Of a DNA stretch of 64,000 bases, positions 39,901 to 54,160 are shown piece after piece. A program made the position numbers and the translations under genes. Location: contig JAYWIR010000075.1 of the NCBI GenBank assembly GCA_036172245.1, positions 310,001 through 374,000 of the forward strand, given 5' to 3'. The notes under the pieces are model-generated. The model ran no database searches. It was not told the DNA's origin and saw only the letters and a list, made by a program, of their open reading frames with translations. Source of the DNA: Raillietiella orientalis (Eukaryota). The number at the start of each line of letters is the position of its first letter. The first letter of the stretch is position 1.

Positions 39901-42900
39901 AGCCGTGCTTCCCCCGGAGCACTGCTCTCAAAACGTGGTGAGGTCATCCGGTCCAGACTTAATCTATGTAACCTCTTTCGAAATATCTCCTACGGTTTCC
40001 AGCAGTCATCGGAGGTTTCCGGAATGATGACGGTTTCTCTAGAGATGAGTCCTGCAAAAGGACACGAGAGAATTCAAGGACGAAAGCGCGCTGAGCGGCT
40101 TCAGGAAAAGAACAGATCGCAAATGCGTCGGATGTCATTTGTTTGTCCACCGCGGTCTCGTAATCGACCAGATCCCAGTGCCTCCGCGCGTAGGCATGCG
40201 GACCCCATTCCGGGAAGCAATGCAGTGACTTCTATTGAATAGGGTCGTTAAAGTCTCTGTTAGACGGATTGATGCACATAGACTTGGTTGCTGCGCCGTC
40301 AAAGAAGTAGCTTGGATGATGTCGGGGACTTGGATTTGCCCTAATCAGTGACTGGACGGTACCATATGAGTTCCCAGTCCTAATGGGTCATCTTCCCGTT
40401 TATAAGATGAGTGTCACCACCTTATACAATTCGTGAACGAGAATCAGTGAGGACAAGTGATACGAAATCTCTAATGATGCGGACCTGGGGGAGCTCGTGC
40501 TAGGGGCAAGTTGCGTCCGGATGGTCCAGGATCTCAAGCCTGGTTATCACTTTCAGACTAGAATGCTGAATCAAACGATCAAAGGTATGGGGTGCTACTG
40601 ATCGTAAGCATCCGGTGTTCATTCATCGATGTTTGCAACGAAGAAAGGCTAGCGGGATGGTAGGAAGACATGTCTGACCGGGCCCATTAATAAATGCCAA
40701 GCCAACGTTTCCTCACGTGATGTTGATGCGCACACCGTAGGCTGGATGCAATCCGGAACATCTGCTTTCATCCACATTGGTACTTCCGTCCGTACTTGCT
40801 CCCTGTTGGTTTTCCGGCTCGCATATATTTTTTCACAATCCCTTGCAGTTCACTGTAGCTCTAATATTAGAATTTGTCACAGGGTTCCTGCTGCAGTATC
40901 CGATAAGTTCCTGGATTGTAAGGAAGTTTTTTTTTTTTTTTTTTTCTCCATTTCGAGTTGTGAAGATGAATTAAGTTTTCATGAGTTGTTGGGGACCAAG
41001 GCGTCGTGCGTAGCCTCCCGCTGCCTCGATTGTGTTGACCTGTTGCTAGCCAGCGACACCCATCCGTCCCTGCATGAGAACACTAACGCTTGCCCTGTCT
41101 TTCAGGATGGGAAAATGTTGAGATAAGCAATCACGGAGTTTCCATGCAATCTCAGCACGATCTTCCGAGATCCTCCAAAGTTGAGAAACACTTGAAAGAT
41201 AAGTACGTCAGAGTATCTCTAGGATGTGAGGGGGGGGGGGGGCAGATGTTCGGTGTTTCGTTTCTGCGGCGCATTCGCCTTAATTAAAATACCGCAGACA
41301 CCGCTCGTGATGGCGGGTACCGGAAGCCAGACGGAGATGATTTACGATCTCTCCAGAGTTCGGATAGGTATTTTTGTTTGGGAATTTCGAACCCGACGAA
41401 GCGTCGCGCGGCCAAGAAGGGTTCGCAGGGTTCACAGTAAACATCTGCCGCCACGTTTGCTTTTGGTGTCCAATGCATGAGAATTGACGGCGGCAGTCCT
41501 CGACGACGACGGCGTACTTGAATTCTTTTCTGCCAGTTTCATTTCGACAGCTTTTTTGCATCAGGCAGCAAAAGAACGCATCCTTGCGATAGTGTTTTTG
41601 TGTCCCAGGGATGGTGACTGGAGGGAGGAGGAGGAGGTGGGCCTCAGCTGCAACTCTTGGAGTGCGACCTTCGTCTGATTCTTTTGCAAAATCGATTTTC
41701 AGTGATGTGCGAGAAGAAAAAGAGGAAAAGCCAAATTTCCCGCTCCTCATTTTTGCTCGAGGACCTGCCGCCGATCTGCTTACGAAGCTTCCTCCTCCGA
41801 ACCGAAACCCTTCTTCTCAGTGTTCATAATCCGCGTTTGTCAGATTCGATATCTGGAACTTGGATGCGCTGAAGGTTCCGTAGCTCGCATTCCGTATGCA
41901 CTCTATCCTTCTACTGGGGAAGTCGAAACCGGGCGTTTATCCAGTCTTTGACTCAGCAGTAGTTCCAGTGGCGCAGCTAGCAGTCTCCCACTCTCTTTTT
42001 CTTCTTTGAAACAACGTGGGATCAGCGTCGAATCTGCTAGCCGTGCAAGAGAGGGGGTTTGTCGCTTGCATTCCCAGATCATGTTTTGGTTCCTTTGAAG
42101 GAGCGCATTGCACGCCCACGCCTGAAGGATGCGCTTTGCGGTGCCTTGAGTTTACGGATTGTCGGTTTTTCTTTCGAGTTGCGCGTGATGGAAGAGAGCG
42201 AAGGGTATCTGCGCTGGATAGCCATACGCAGAAATCTCACGTCTTCCATCGAGAAGTACTGGGTTGATGGACGGGTTCCCCGCTCGACACGCATCCGTTC
42301 ACGTGGACCGTTCGCGCCACGCTGTCGAGACGAGAAGTGCGCTCTGCGCTTCGGAGCAAAATGTAAAACGTACTTCACTCCAACTGTATTTCGGTCCCAC
42401 GTTTACATTTACCATCCCCTCTGGAGAAACCAGTCGTGATCTGGTGGCGCATGCTGTGCTTACGGCGGAAGACAATTGTGTAAACTTTTGACGACGATAA
42501 ATGATATATATATATATATATATATATATATCATTTATCGTCAAAAGTCCATGTAATGATTATATATATATATATATATAAAGAAAGGACAGGGAGAAAT
42601 CTTCGGCTATCATAGTAATGATATTCTCCAACGCTGGCTTACCTTGAATCTTCAGCTTCACCTTTACCCTGCATATGGAAACAGGACACTGAAAGGTTAT
42701 TGGGTGCATGAACTAAAGCACTGAAGTCCGATGGATCTACACTTTGAGAGGCTCACCGAGTGTTTGTTTTTAGATTTTACAGTTGCATAGTGAGTGGAAC
42801 TAAAGTCCTGCAATTCATGCAAAAATTCTTAAAAAAAAACAGCGTGGCGCAATGACGAAAGTTTCATTGATTCTAAATGTTTGTACTAGAAGGACTGAAA

Positions 42901-45321
42901 AGCTCCTAAGCTCCAGAAAATTGTGAAACAGGATTTGAAGGTGGGGGGGCGGGGAGAAATGGTTATAAACTAGTTTTCCGTTAGAACGCAATATTAGTCT
43001 TCTCCATTGAGAACTTTCACAATGAGACAAACAAGCACATTGATTTATGTGATCTAATCCTTTCGCTTTCAGTTTCGCTACACGTAGTAATCCGATCACC
43101 GATTCACTCTGTATAATTTTTTAGAAATCTGCTGGTGTACATTGCGTTCGTACTGTTTGGGATGGCCACCCACCTTCCGTGGGACATGTTTGCGATGTCA
43201 AAAAAGGTAAGCCATGGTGATAACTGCGCTCGTTTTAAGGGAGCTCATAGCTCTGAAATTCCGCCGTGCGTTCGCTGAATTATATGAAAAGCCTGCGGTC
43301 GAAAATTTCAAGTTTCCAGGCTGATCTGTTCGGCCAGCACAGTCTCCGAGTTCTCGACACGCATTGACTAATTCTGAAAGATCGAATTCTTTTTCTGATT
43401 CAAAGGGTTCGATCATGCTGCAAGAGAACTTCTTGCAGCAGCCGCTTGTCGGCGGCTCCACCGAAAACCGAACGAAACACACACCGATCGTTCTTGGCTT
43501 TTACTCGATAACTTTTCCGTACGGTGCTCATCGAGAGGAACAACATAATCCCATATCTTAAACGCAACCCAAGAAAGCCAGGGATCAACCTTGAACTTTG
43601 GGGATCCAGGAAAGCACGGAATGCTGCTCAATTGACACTTATGAGAAAACACTGAAAGGAAGAATCTTTCGGTGGGATATAATCCATGCTGTCCATCAAC
43701 ACGCTCCTTGTTCCCAATTAAAACCAATATATGTGTGTGTGTATACGTACATACATCATTTCGATCTACATAATGCTGCAATCTACATAATCTGGTTTCT
43801 CATTAGGACATCTGCTGAAAGAGTTTCACTTTTCTAGTATTTTGTGGAATACAGGCTGTCGCAGGAATACATCGGCATGCAAACGGATTACAATGACAAA
43901 TTTCACTTTTTCATCGGGCTGGTGCTCTACTATCCCATTTTCTTACTGAACTGGATAGTAGTTTTCATCCCACTAAAGTAAACCCACGCTCATGTTTAAT
44001 TTCAATGCTGACGTGTTTGCAATTCCAAGAGGCACGCTGGCGAGGAGAATGCTCATTAGTGCCACCCTTATTATCTTTGCTTTTCTGGGGATGTTCGTAT
44101 TGTCTATGCTGAACACATCTAAGAGTAAGTTCGTCTGTGGTCCACGAGTCCATCTGCTTATTCTGATCTTTTCCAGTTCCTGCAGCATTTTTCTGGCTAA
44201 CTCTTGCATTGTGCTTCCTTCTAAATGGTAAGTTCACCGTGGACTGTATGTCGCTTTTTTCATCTACAGTATCATCCAGGTGCTAACGCAATTTTCCAGA
44301 GTTCTCTGTACGGTGTGGCGGCTAAACTTCCTGAGAAATACACAGGAGCTTCAGTCCTCGGAACTGTAAGAACACGGGATGTGTTTATTCTCCAGAATTG
44401 TTAATGCAGCAGTAGAGTCTATCTACAGCAGTGACTGCGGTCATAAAATTCCTGTCCATATACTTTTCCCCAAACATTCGGATTGCTGCCATGTACTACT
44501 TTATTCTTGCCATCTTCCTAGTGCTCCTGTGCACGGATATTCTCCTAGCTTTGCCTCTGAATGTATGCACTATTTTTGATTTTCGGGAAAAGGGACTGCA
44601 AGTGTCTTGCAGAAATTTTATTGCTACCATGCTTCCAATGAGCATCAGAAACGATGTTGCTGTTTCAAAGAAACTATTCCGTATTGGAGGATTCTCAAAC
44701 AAGCTTTCCCTCAAATGGCTAACGTATTCCTCATCTCGTTCGTCACGACTACTATGCTACCCGCAGTGTTAGCCAATATCCACAGCTCTGACGATAACTT
44801 CATAGTGTCTCCTAAATACTATTCTGTTGTTCTGGGCCAACTTACTTTCGGTCTGTGTTCCATTATCGGAAACTCCCTCGCTCAGTTTTTCTCCTGGGTA
44901 GGAATGCGCAGGATACGTCCATGTAATGATTATGTATTTTAGCCTGGACCTCGTTGGTTATGGATTCCTACTGTTCTGCGTTTCGTGTTTATTCCTTTTT
45001 TTTTGCTTTGCAACTACCATCCTACTGATGTGGAGCGGAAGATTCCGGTGTATATATCTAATGACTGGATTTATTGGACTGCTGGGTTGTTGTTTGGGCT
45101 TTCCAGTGGCTATTGCTCGTCACTTGCAATGATGTTTTGTCCAAGGTAACCAAAACATGCTTCAGATAAGAGATTTCCTCTGCAGAACAGTTGAGAAAAA
45201 ATACTCGAGCACGGCTGGATTGATGTCCGTTGCCAGTCTTGTTACAGGAGCAGTAGCAGGCGTGAATTTTTTCTTGGTCCTGAGCTACATCATCCAAAAA
45301 AGCTTCATGCTGATATATTAA
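36976..45321 (+). CDS. Equilibrative nucleoside transporter (SLC29 family); first exon uncertain
   Basis: Spliced protein KDR|NLLVYIAFVLFGMATHLPWDMF...YFVEYRL...ANAIFQSSLYGVAAKLPEKYTGA...LRFVFIPFFLLCNY...NDW...SSGYCSSLAMMFCPR. Exons: 36976-37036 (probable), 43125-43206, 43838-43977, 44030-44124, 44177-44227, 44280-44365, 44416-44562, 44613-44897, 44943-45145, 45186-45321; all GT-AG and in phase. Confidence 0.92.
37500..40200 (-). mobile_element. Decayed Penelope-like element inside the long ENT intron
   Basis: GSKMGIPLS (~38312-38286) matches RT G..MGSPLS. Upstream VKKDAEEAV (KADKG-like, ~39000) and KLRRLS (YGLPK position, ~38730). Confidence 0.6.
42484..42548. repeat. (TA)n microsatellite with inverted flanks
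   Basis: ACTTTTGACGACGATAAATGA-(TA)n-TCATTTATCGTCAAAAGT. Confidence 0.9.
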
Positions 45322-45879
45322 AATAAAAGGAAGAACTTGGGTCAGATTTCTGATTCTTACACTGTAGGTCATGATTTGGATTTTTCATTTGTAGTTCACC
45401 ATCATGATTCATCTGCTGCAACCTGTTTCGAGTAGATTTCTGCATTGACTTGGGATAAGAATAAAAATTAAGAACTAGAAAAGTGGAAATTCCACATATT
45501 TTCAGGACAGTGATTTTTCAGAAAAGATTTTGCAAAGGGAACCCATTGATTTTTCCAATTCACTTTAAGTAATACCTTTTGCAAGTTTGTAAAAGGACAG
45601 AGTGAAAAAAGAATTTGCTGTCATGCATGAAAACTCTGGCAGATAAAAGATTTGTGTGTAACTTAAACAAGAAATGTGGAATTCCTTAGCGAAGTGGCTT
45701 CTTTTGAGGTTTTACTGGAACCTCATAGCCATTTTAACTGTCAAAGAGCAGTTTTTTTCTCTTCTTCTTCTTCCTTTCATTCTAGCGATATTTTTCTGAA
45801 TGTGCTAAAACACAATATGAAGCCGAGAAGAATATGGCACTGTATTCGGATGCAGAAATAAACAGTCCTATCCTCTAGT

Positions 45880-47900
45880 TGCTTTGCTCTTCAGAAGAGG
45901 CTAATTTAGCTTCATTATCAGGGAAGAAAGAATTTTTTGAGATTCAAGCAAGTTAAAATCATCAAAAGCAGTGGCTAATATTTCAAAGAGTATTTTTCTT
46001 TCTGGAAAAACAAATTTGTTTAAGACATACTTTCTAGAGATGAAATACTCTCCATCTCTGAAGGGCTTCAAAATTTTATTGTATACATCATGAAGCACCA
46101 TCAGCTCAAAGATAACAAAGATCGATTCATTCTTTGTTATTGTTTTGTTGGATTTGGTTAATTATGCAAATATATCAAGATTTATGCACGTGTGACTGTC
46201 CAATTTCCTACTGCTACCCCGACAAATCTTTTAGAATTTCAACCGAATCTCGAGCAAGTTTGGCTTCCTCTTTAGGTTTGTTAAAGGTTCCCTGTTATTC
46301 CATTCACTGATCTCTCATATACGACTTTTAATTCTTACACTGTACGCTTCTCTCTGTTCCATAAGGCTACACTGTTCTCTGAAGATTGGGAGATTTCTTC
46401 TGATTTGACAACCCTCGGTCTCCATTCGCTAACGGCGAACGGGTACTTTTGAAGTGTACTGCTATTCTGTAACGCTTGCCTTTTTGAAATTTTCCAAGCT
46501 CTCCTGATTGAGCTATTGATGAGGGACTCACTTTATTATGAGTGGACTGATTTCCAGCTGAGCAGCTTTGTTTTTTGTGTTTCTAGAGGAGTTTACTGAA
46601 GATCTCCACTGTTCTTCATGTCTCCACAATTTGTCAGCTAACCAGACTCCCTGGGAATCAAATCATTTAAATTTAGAAGTAGAATTTAAAAACAGTTGTC
46701 TCCATTAGCTGCTTTTTTCGGTAGCTTCTATCTTCAATTACGTGACAAACAGACCTAGCAATCTAGTAAGCAACAGTGATTGTTTTTACCGTTCCTGCAG
46801 CAAAATATTTGTAAGAATATGAGCAGAGTTGCAGATTGACGCAAGAAGAGAATCAGTTTACTCCAACAGAAACGAATGAAGGAACAGATTTTGGACCTGG
46901 CTCTAAAGATGCAGCATCAGATGCAGTATCCAGGAGAAAGCTCTTTTTCACATCTCGAATCTCTACGATTAAACTCTTGGTACCTTAATCTGGTACATCG
47001 CTTGCACACTTCTTCGGTGACTACTGCTTTTCAAGATCTAAGGAAAACTTTGTTCAGAAAGCACTCCTTGCTTATGGTCTTGTAGAAGAATTCCACAAGC
47101 TGGTAACTCTTAAAAATGGGATACTATAGTGTCAATGGATTCTTCGCTTGTTCGCTGAAATCTCCCAAGTCACAGCACTTTGTGATGTTCTTTTATGTCT
47201 CTTCGTTCCCAATTGAGCCAGTAGGAGAGTGAAAGGCATGCAGTGAGCTTACGCTTCAGGTTCTCTGAGGAGGGTTTAATCAGGGTCCATTCTTTGATGC
47301 AATGCTGTAATACTGGTTCAAAGTTGTGGAACGTGTTGCTGTATTGGCTTCTTGTGATAATTCCATTTGTCAAAACTGAAACTGGCTGAAAATCTCCTGA
47401 TCCAAAGTCTCATATTCTGTAAAGCTGACTCACTTAAAGGTTTTGATTTTCTACATAAAATTTTTATTTATTTGACAACATCCAACCTCATTTTCTCTGG
47501 AGTTTTCTTTCGTTTTTATCTCCATGGTTTTCTGCTCAGTTCCATCTTTGAGCTCTGATTCTTCCCTTTCTGTTTTCCATGCAGTTTCTCTTTAGCCACT
47601 CATAGCACCTTGATTTCGGAATCCTCAAATCAAAATTTCCCATCCTCGAAGTGCCCAGTGATTCTTTGAAATCATTTTTTTCGTCTTCTGCACTTGACTT
47701 GCTTCTCTCTGAACCTTGTGAAGCTGACTGCTTCCGGTTCCCAGATCAACCATACTTTCCTTATGCCTTTTCGTAGTACTTCTATCCAAGGGATAGTTTT
47801 CCATCTCCCTCATTTTTCCCAGGAAGTCAAAAATTCTTCTGCTACGCGTTGAGCTGCTGTTTATTTTACAAACCATTGGCAACAAAGCTCCCTCAGAAAA
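45880..47900 (-). mobile_element. Decayed Penelope-like element (RT thumb plus GIY-YIG)
   Basis: WKSVHS...SLINSSIRRAWKIS and LANG (~46555-46420); FVG (~46220); FEILATAFDDFNLLESQKI (~45985-45930). Confidence 0.6.
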
Positions 47901-50400
47901 CCGCATGGCGAGTGGTCGCTTCTGCTAAGTCTCCACGTCGTCAGCTGCTTTGTCTGTTTGCGTGGTTGCTGCTTCGCCACCACGCATGGGTCAGTATCCT
48001 GGAGATCAAGTAGAACCAGCTCCCGAGCCAAGTCTCAAGTTCCGGAAGTGATGGTCGCGCTGCTGACCGTTTCATGAATGCTGCTTCAACCGATGCCTGC
48101 CGAGATCGCTCCCTGAAAATCAGTTTGCAACCAAAGGAAGGGAACTATGATCTGTGCGGTCTGCATTCGCTCGTGCATCCTCGTAACATGCTCGGTTGCG
48201 CGTCCAAGACTGACAAGACAGACCACATGCTTGTCTTATACATGGCCTCCTTGATCTCTCTTTCCCTCTACCATGGAAGATTTCCAGGGTAGTGCACTGG
48301 ATTTCCCGAACACACTCTAAATTGATGCGCAACTTGGTTGCAAGGATTTTACTCAGTCAACCTATGCGTCCATAGTTGATCTTTTCGAAGCGGTTCCTAC
48401 CGGTGAGTGCTGCCATTGTGTCGACTCCCTCCATATGCGTTCTCAGCTTTTTGGAGAGTGGACATGGAGAGTGTCGAAGCGCATTCGTAACCTCCTATTA
48501 AAGGGCAAACATCCTTTTACGGCCTTCTTCGAAAAAAACAGCCAAAGATACAGTCTATGTGACCACAGAGATTCAGGAATGAGTGCCGAAGGCATCACTC
48601 ATTTTTGAACATCCATATGAATTCCTGTCTTCATCCAAGCTTGTTTCTTCTGTATTGTTTCGTCTCTGTTAAGGAGCAGAAGCCATCACAGAAAGCTTCG
48701 TGAACGGATTGGGCAGTCTTTAAATGTTCTCTGCATCTCGACAAGAAAACAGAAAACTGTGTATCTTGAGAGACGAAGGCTTGGGTCTTGAGAGAGGATT
48801 GGGTCTTTTGTTGCTGCTCCTGAGAGAACGGCAGCAGCTCGTCTGTCTCCAAGCAGTTGGAAGTGCAGACGCACGCGAGGATCGCTCTGCCTCCCTGAAC
48901 CGAGAGCAGCCTTCTTGAAGGGTGAAGCGCGCACTTCTACGTCCTATCTCTCAAAGGAGGGAAGTGGCTGTCCTTTCCTATGCCGCTTCTGTCTGGGGGG
49001 ATTCCTCCACCCAGCGAGGTCACTTTCGCGCGCGCGGTACAGCATCTTGCAGATGGCAGGAAGGGAAGGGGTGATGCTTGCAGATGTCCAGAGAGACTGC
49101 TGGATGCTCCGACAGCCTTCTTTACTGCGGCTCCTTGAACAGCTGATCTGCACCCATGGGACACTGAACGTGCAGCCTTCAGACGGGGCACTTATGTACA
49201 CAATCCTTGGAGCTATTGCTTCCGGGTCGCAAGTGAGTGACTCCAGCTTTCCCATGTGGCGGCCCAGTCTCTCTTCACAACTCATCCTTTATTCTTCATC
49301 TCACCTTTCAATAAAAAGGTGCAGCATAATATCTGCTGCTTGGGCAGTCCATTCCATGTCTCTGCTGCATCGGGCCCGAAGCTCAAAATCACAGAAATCC
49401 ATCATCGTTTCATCGTGGATGATCGCTCAAGCTAACCCAATGCATCTGCTAAAGAGGGTTCTTGCACAGTCTCCAAATAGGCGAAAGACCTTGCACCCAC
49501 ATTAATACGTGATTCTGCCATCCTTCTTATAGCATCTCACATTCAGAAGTCAGTGGGTTATTTCTATGGTTCTAGAAGTAGGTCCTAGCCCACATTTAAC
49601 CCTTTCGAGGTTTTAGCAGCATCATTGGTCTAGGTGGTAGGATTGGGGCAGAGAGACTTGGCAGACTATGGAGGACCTTCGTCGAGAGTACTTTCTTTAG
49701 CAACTTCAGTAAGCTATCGCCCATCACCCTCTGGGAGCGTATTGTTGCAGCAGACAAGAAAACTCTGCAAACTAATCAGTCAGTTGTGACCCAAGGGGAA
49801 AGACGGGGATTTGAGGTTCCCACTCGGTTATTAATGGGGAGTTCCTCGTTCTTTGTTGACTTTTGCGAATATGGGTGTCCGGAAAATTTCGGAGCAGAAA
49901 CGCTTGTTTATTGGAGTTTAATTCCATTCGTTTTGTTCACTGTTGCCTATTACTGCTGCACCGTCTCCGGATTTCCTCGGGATCAGTTCTCTGAGGAGAA
50001 ACACAGAGACTGAATCTTCTTTGGGTAGTGTTTTCTTCCTGGTATCCCCTGAGTTCTCTACTTAAAGGCATCCCGTATCCGACGCCTATGGAAAGCAAAC
50101 CTTGCATCCCTTCTATGAAGATTGCCCGTGTCTCTTCCGGTTCTTGATTTGTCTTGCTGGTGTTCGACAGTCAACAACTCTGCTTCTTTTTCCTTGCAAT
50201 GTTGACCTCAGCTGCTCATCAATCAACAGAATCGTTTCAGCAGTGCGAAACTTCGAACGAACGGTGAAACCATCCAAGTTCTTGCGAACTTCTGAAGGAA
50301 AATTTTCGGGGATTCTAATGCTTTGCTGAGGAGCGAAGTGACCCTAAAGAAGAGGTAATAGGTAGTTGAAATGGCATATCAGAGATCAAGACTGTATTTT
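47900..50400 (-). mobile_element. Decayed Penelope-like element, near full length
   Basis: Colinear traces: IPENF (~50305), APRI/VHK (~49210-49190), DVE (~48940), TQFS...CPIRS (~48760-48700), HYP (~48292), QT.KQLTT-like (~47960-47935). Confidence 0.55.
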
Positions 50401-50678
50401 GACTCAAAGCACCACCAATGTTCATTAATTCAAGGTTTCAAAACCTCATGAGCACAATTTTTTGGATGAGGCATCCGACTTTTTGCTCCCTCACTCCTGT
50501 GTTCTCCATGTTCTACAATGATTTTCCGATTTTCACTCTCAACCGGCCCCAAGCAATCTCCCCAAAAGATCTCGTTCCTCAGAGAAGCAGTAAAAATTTC
50601 TATTCCTTCCATCTATAAATCACTTTTCTGATTACATGTGTGTTCTCCATTTTCGTGCTTTCTCAGTATTTCCAATAT

Positions 50679-50857
50679 AAAATCAATATATATATTGAGG
50701 GTAGATTAAATAAGAGGCAAAACATAACTTATGAGCAGTTGTAATCGGATACTGATTTTGAAATTTTTATATTTTTAGTTATAAAACATGCATTCCAATT
50801 AAACGTTAAAAGATCATCAAAATTTAATTTGCCATGTACCTATTAATCAATCAAATT

Positions 50858-50890
<33 letters not shown>

Positions 50891-51046
50891 GCAAATTTGA
50901 TTTTATATTTCACATGACCATTTCACATTTAATTTAAATGCATGTTTTATAATTAAAAATGCAAAAATGCCAACATCAGTATCAATACAACTCATAAGCT
51001 ATATTGCCTCTTATTTAATCTACCCTCACTATTATGTATCGATTTT
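50679..51046. mobile_element. AT-rich foldback/MITE-like element with long inverted arms and central (TA)n
   Basis: TGAGGGTAGATTAAATAAGAGGCAA (from 50697) is the reverse complement of TTGCCTCTTATTTAATCTACCCTCA (to 51028). Pairing continues inward (TATAAAACATGCATT / AATGCATGTTTTATA; AATCAAATTTGC-(TA)n-GCAAATTTGATT). Confidence 0.85.
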
Positions 51047-51299
51047 TAAGGGTTACATGTACATATCACTGTATGAAAAATTCGTTGAATAGTTTGAACG
51101 AAAAACATTTATTATGAAAATGAAAAAATCAACTCAACTCCAGCCTATCCTCAGAAATTTAGGACGTTTTGCTTTTGCCATCGGAAGTGTTCTACCAGAT
51201 ATTCCAGTAGCTGAGTCGATGTCGCAGATGTGGCCGAAGACAAACAAAAACGCCTCAGTAGTGAGAAACTGATAGCAGAAGAATTCAGGGAGAGTGAAC

Positions 51300-52900
51300 A
51301 TCGTATAGCATTTACTGAAAAACCTTAGCGATTGCACAGCCAAAAAAGAAGCAAGAGTTTTCTATATGAGTTTCATGAGTCTCTAGCCTTCTTGAGTCCG
51401 AAGTTCAGGGTTTATGTCACCAGCGACATGCTGGTAATTTGATTCGATAGGGAATGAAAGGTAGACACGTTGAAGCTGCTATCACTCCTTTCATCTGAAG
51501 AACATACGTAGCTGTTTCTCATTTCAGCCGAGTTACTAAAAACGAGAGTTTCACGCATGAAATAAGTAAATCTCAATTTTGGTGCTTGTCTGGAGATGAG
51601 CAATACATAACAAGCTCTCAGGAAACTGCCTTCTGTTAAAAGAGATTCTATCGATTGGCTCGTGAACTGGTATAAGATATGGGGTAGCATCTAATCGGAG
51701 AGTGCCCTCACTTCTGAGGAACTTTTAGGATTTATGGGATCCCTCAAGCACTTTTGGACTGATGCATCCAGTTACTCTGAGGGATGAGGACAAGCTCCTG
51801 TACATTCTCGGATCAGAGTACCAGAACAAGGAACTTGTTCCTTTCTACTAGAAATTAGTTTTTATCCCCTACAGGTTTAATAGAGTCCTAGGTAGAAGCT
51901 TGAATAGGTCCATCCACTCACAAACAGAAAGCTTCCCGAAGTGACTCAAGAAAAGCTTTTACTTCCTTGTTTGGATCCACCTTCTCTTGTATTTCGGCGT
52001 CCAGAGGCTTTGCTCAGTTGGTTCCTGGTACACAACCAAGGAATCTTTTCTCCTTCCACCACCCAGCTTATGATTCTCAGTTGTGGATTTGTTTTTTATT
52101 TTTCCTTCCCCACTGAGGGACTCGGGGATTTTATCTGATTGACCTCTTTCTACAACCATTCATGTCTTGCACCTATAGCGTGGCAGTCTCCAAAGTTGCC
52201 GAGCGTGTGCTTTCAGTTGGATGGCCCTTTTCCTCTTTTCAGCATTATTTCAAGAAAAATACCAGCAGCCGGCTATCTGGGAATAAAAATCTAAGAATCA
52301 TCATGCATCTGGAAACCGATGTTGTGCAATCGACTATTTTTTGCTCTAGAGATTTGCAGTGCATGCGGAAAGCTCCGTCGTTCACCTTCAAGCAAGGATA
52401 GGTGTCTCCGAGGTCTGCCTCAGAAATTCACAAGGCTAAGGACTGTAGGCTTTTTGTCCCAATGTCTAAGAGATACGGGACTCCTAAAAAACCATCAAAA
52501 ACCGGAGATCCTTCGACTCTGTGGCTCAAAAACTCTCAGAGTAGAAGTGAAGTACCTTCCTCATAACCCAGAATTTGGGAGCACTCAGATGAGACAGTAC
52601 AAGAAGTGCATTGCTTGCAAATATGAATTTTATTTATTGAAAATAATGGAAGATCAGCAGAGTGCCTGCAACTTTCTTAGAGATGTTTTCGTCTTAGACT
52701 TCGATCTAAAACACAAAGGAGTCGGTAACACTTTTGCACATGAATTTTTTACCATTCTTTAACACAACCGTATGGAAGAAAGCTGCGTTGCAAACCTCTT
52801 TGTGCAGATACAAGAAACCCACTCTTCTCTATGCGCAACACGAGTGCTCTGATCTCTTGTTTTCAATACCTGCACATGTGCTCTTTGACAGCAGGATTCA
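51300..52900 (-). mobile_element. Decayed Penelope-like element
   Basis: VYQEPT (VYRKPT-like, ~52030), ILYQFT (GIY-like, ~51675), RRLE (~51385). Confidence 0.45.
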
Positions 52901-53499
52901 TCGTATTCAAGTGGTATCCATGCTCCTTAGCCAAAAACAAGCCCCCCTCCATCGTTTGTTCATTGGTATAGAGTTTCCTGGAGTTCCATCCTCATGTTTC
53001 CTGTAGCATCCATTCATTCCTCAAGAAAGGCCATCTTTCGGATGATCAATCTCAAAAAGAACTTCAACAGCACACACCCCTCGGTAAAAAAAAAAAAAAT
53101 TCCGCATCCTCGATGTCCTCGAAACATTCTGTTTTTAGTGATCGCTATCTGGATCCGATTTGGTAACACAGCGTTTGATATCTGATGTTGTTGCTTGTGT
53201 TTAGAAACACGTACACCTCTACAACTACGCCGTTGAGATCGCAAGGACGACGACAAATTTATTGATTCAAAATTATGAAGCGAAGAGAATTTTTTTCATG
53301 TAATCGAGGTTCCGCAATCAGCTGAGGTCAGCAACTGCCTGCACTCAGGAAGTGCAGAAATCATTTGCATTCGGATGACAATTTCTCTTACCTCGCTTTG
53401 TAGGAATTTCTTCTGTCTTCGAGTTCACCGGAACTTGTCTGGCCGAGTCGAAAAACAAGTCCTGGCGGGCGTGAAATTCCCAGTAGCTTCGTGTTTCAT

Positions 53500-54160
53500 T
53501 TTTTTTTTTTTTGATTTTATCGTGAAATGCTTTTGTTTTGAGCTGTGATTCCCTCCAGTGGGGAACGGTCAACGGCCTCCCCTGTGCATGACCATAATCC
53601 AGCAGACTCGCATCTTATAGAACTTTCTGCCAGAAAGCATCGATGATTTCCGGGAACTGGCGGTGTAAAGCAACTGGTGGGTCTGTTTCGAAAGCGGTGG
53701 GCACACCCTTGTCTTCTCTTGTGGTGTCTGTAGAGCGTGGGAATGAATTCGTCGAAAAATCTGTCCACAGTTACAGAGACAGAGGAGCCAAAAACTGCAG
53801 TTCTCGCTTTGGTGTTAAATCTTGGAGAATGAGACCTTTTACCGAGAATTGCGATTTTGTGAGAATCTGAGCTCGAGTTCCAACTATCTCTATTGGTCCG
53901 AGTTTCCACTCATGCTGCGTTCCAGCCGTTCCAGAGCTGCTGCAAGATTCCCAGATCTTTTGAACTTCTCTCATCTTTTGTTCCATTAAGAAATCTAGCG
54001 AAAGGAAATTCCCATGCAATTTACTCTGAAGTTTTTGGCTCCTTGGCAGCTTTCTCTACTACTTTCTCTACTTTCTACACTTATTCTTTCTTTGGATATC
54101 TCAAAGGTGCCGTTCGAATTCATCGAAATGCACATTTTTCAAACTTGACTTCCAAAATTT
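53500..54160 (-). mobile_element. Possible Penelope-like RT N-terminal remnant
   Basis: VEKAAKE (KADKG-like, ~54050) and SPRFNTK (~53820); weak. Confidence 0.3.
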
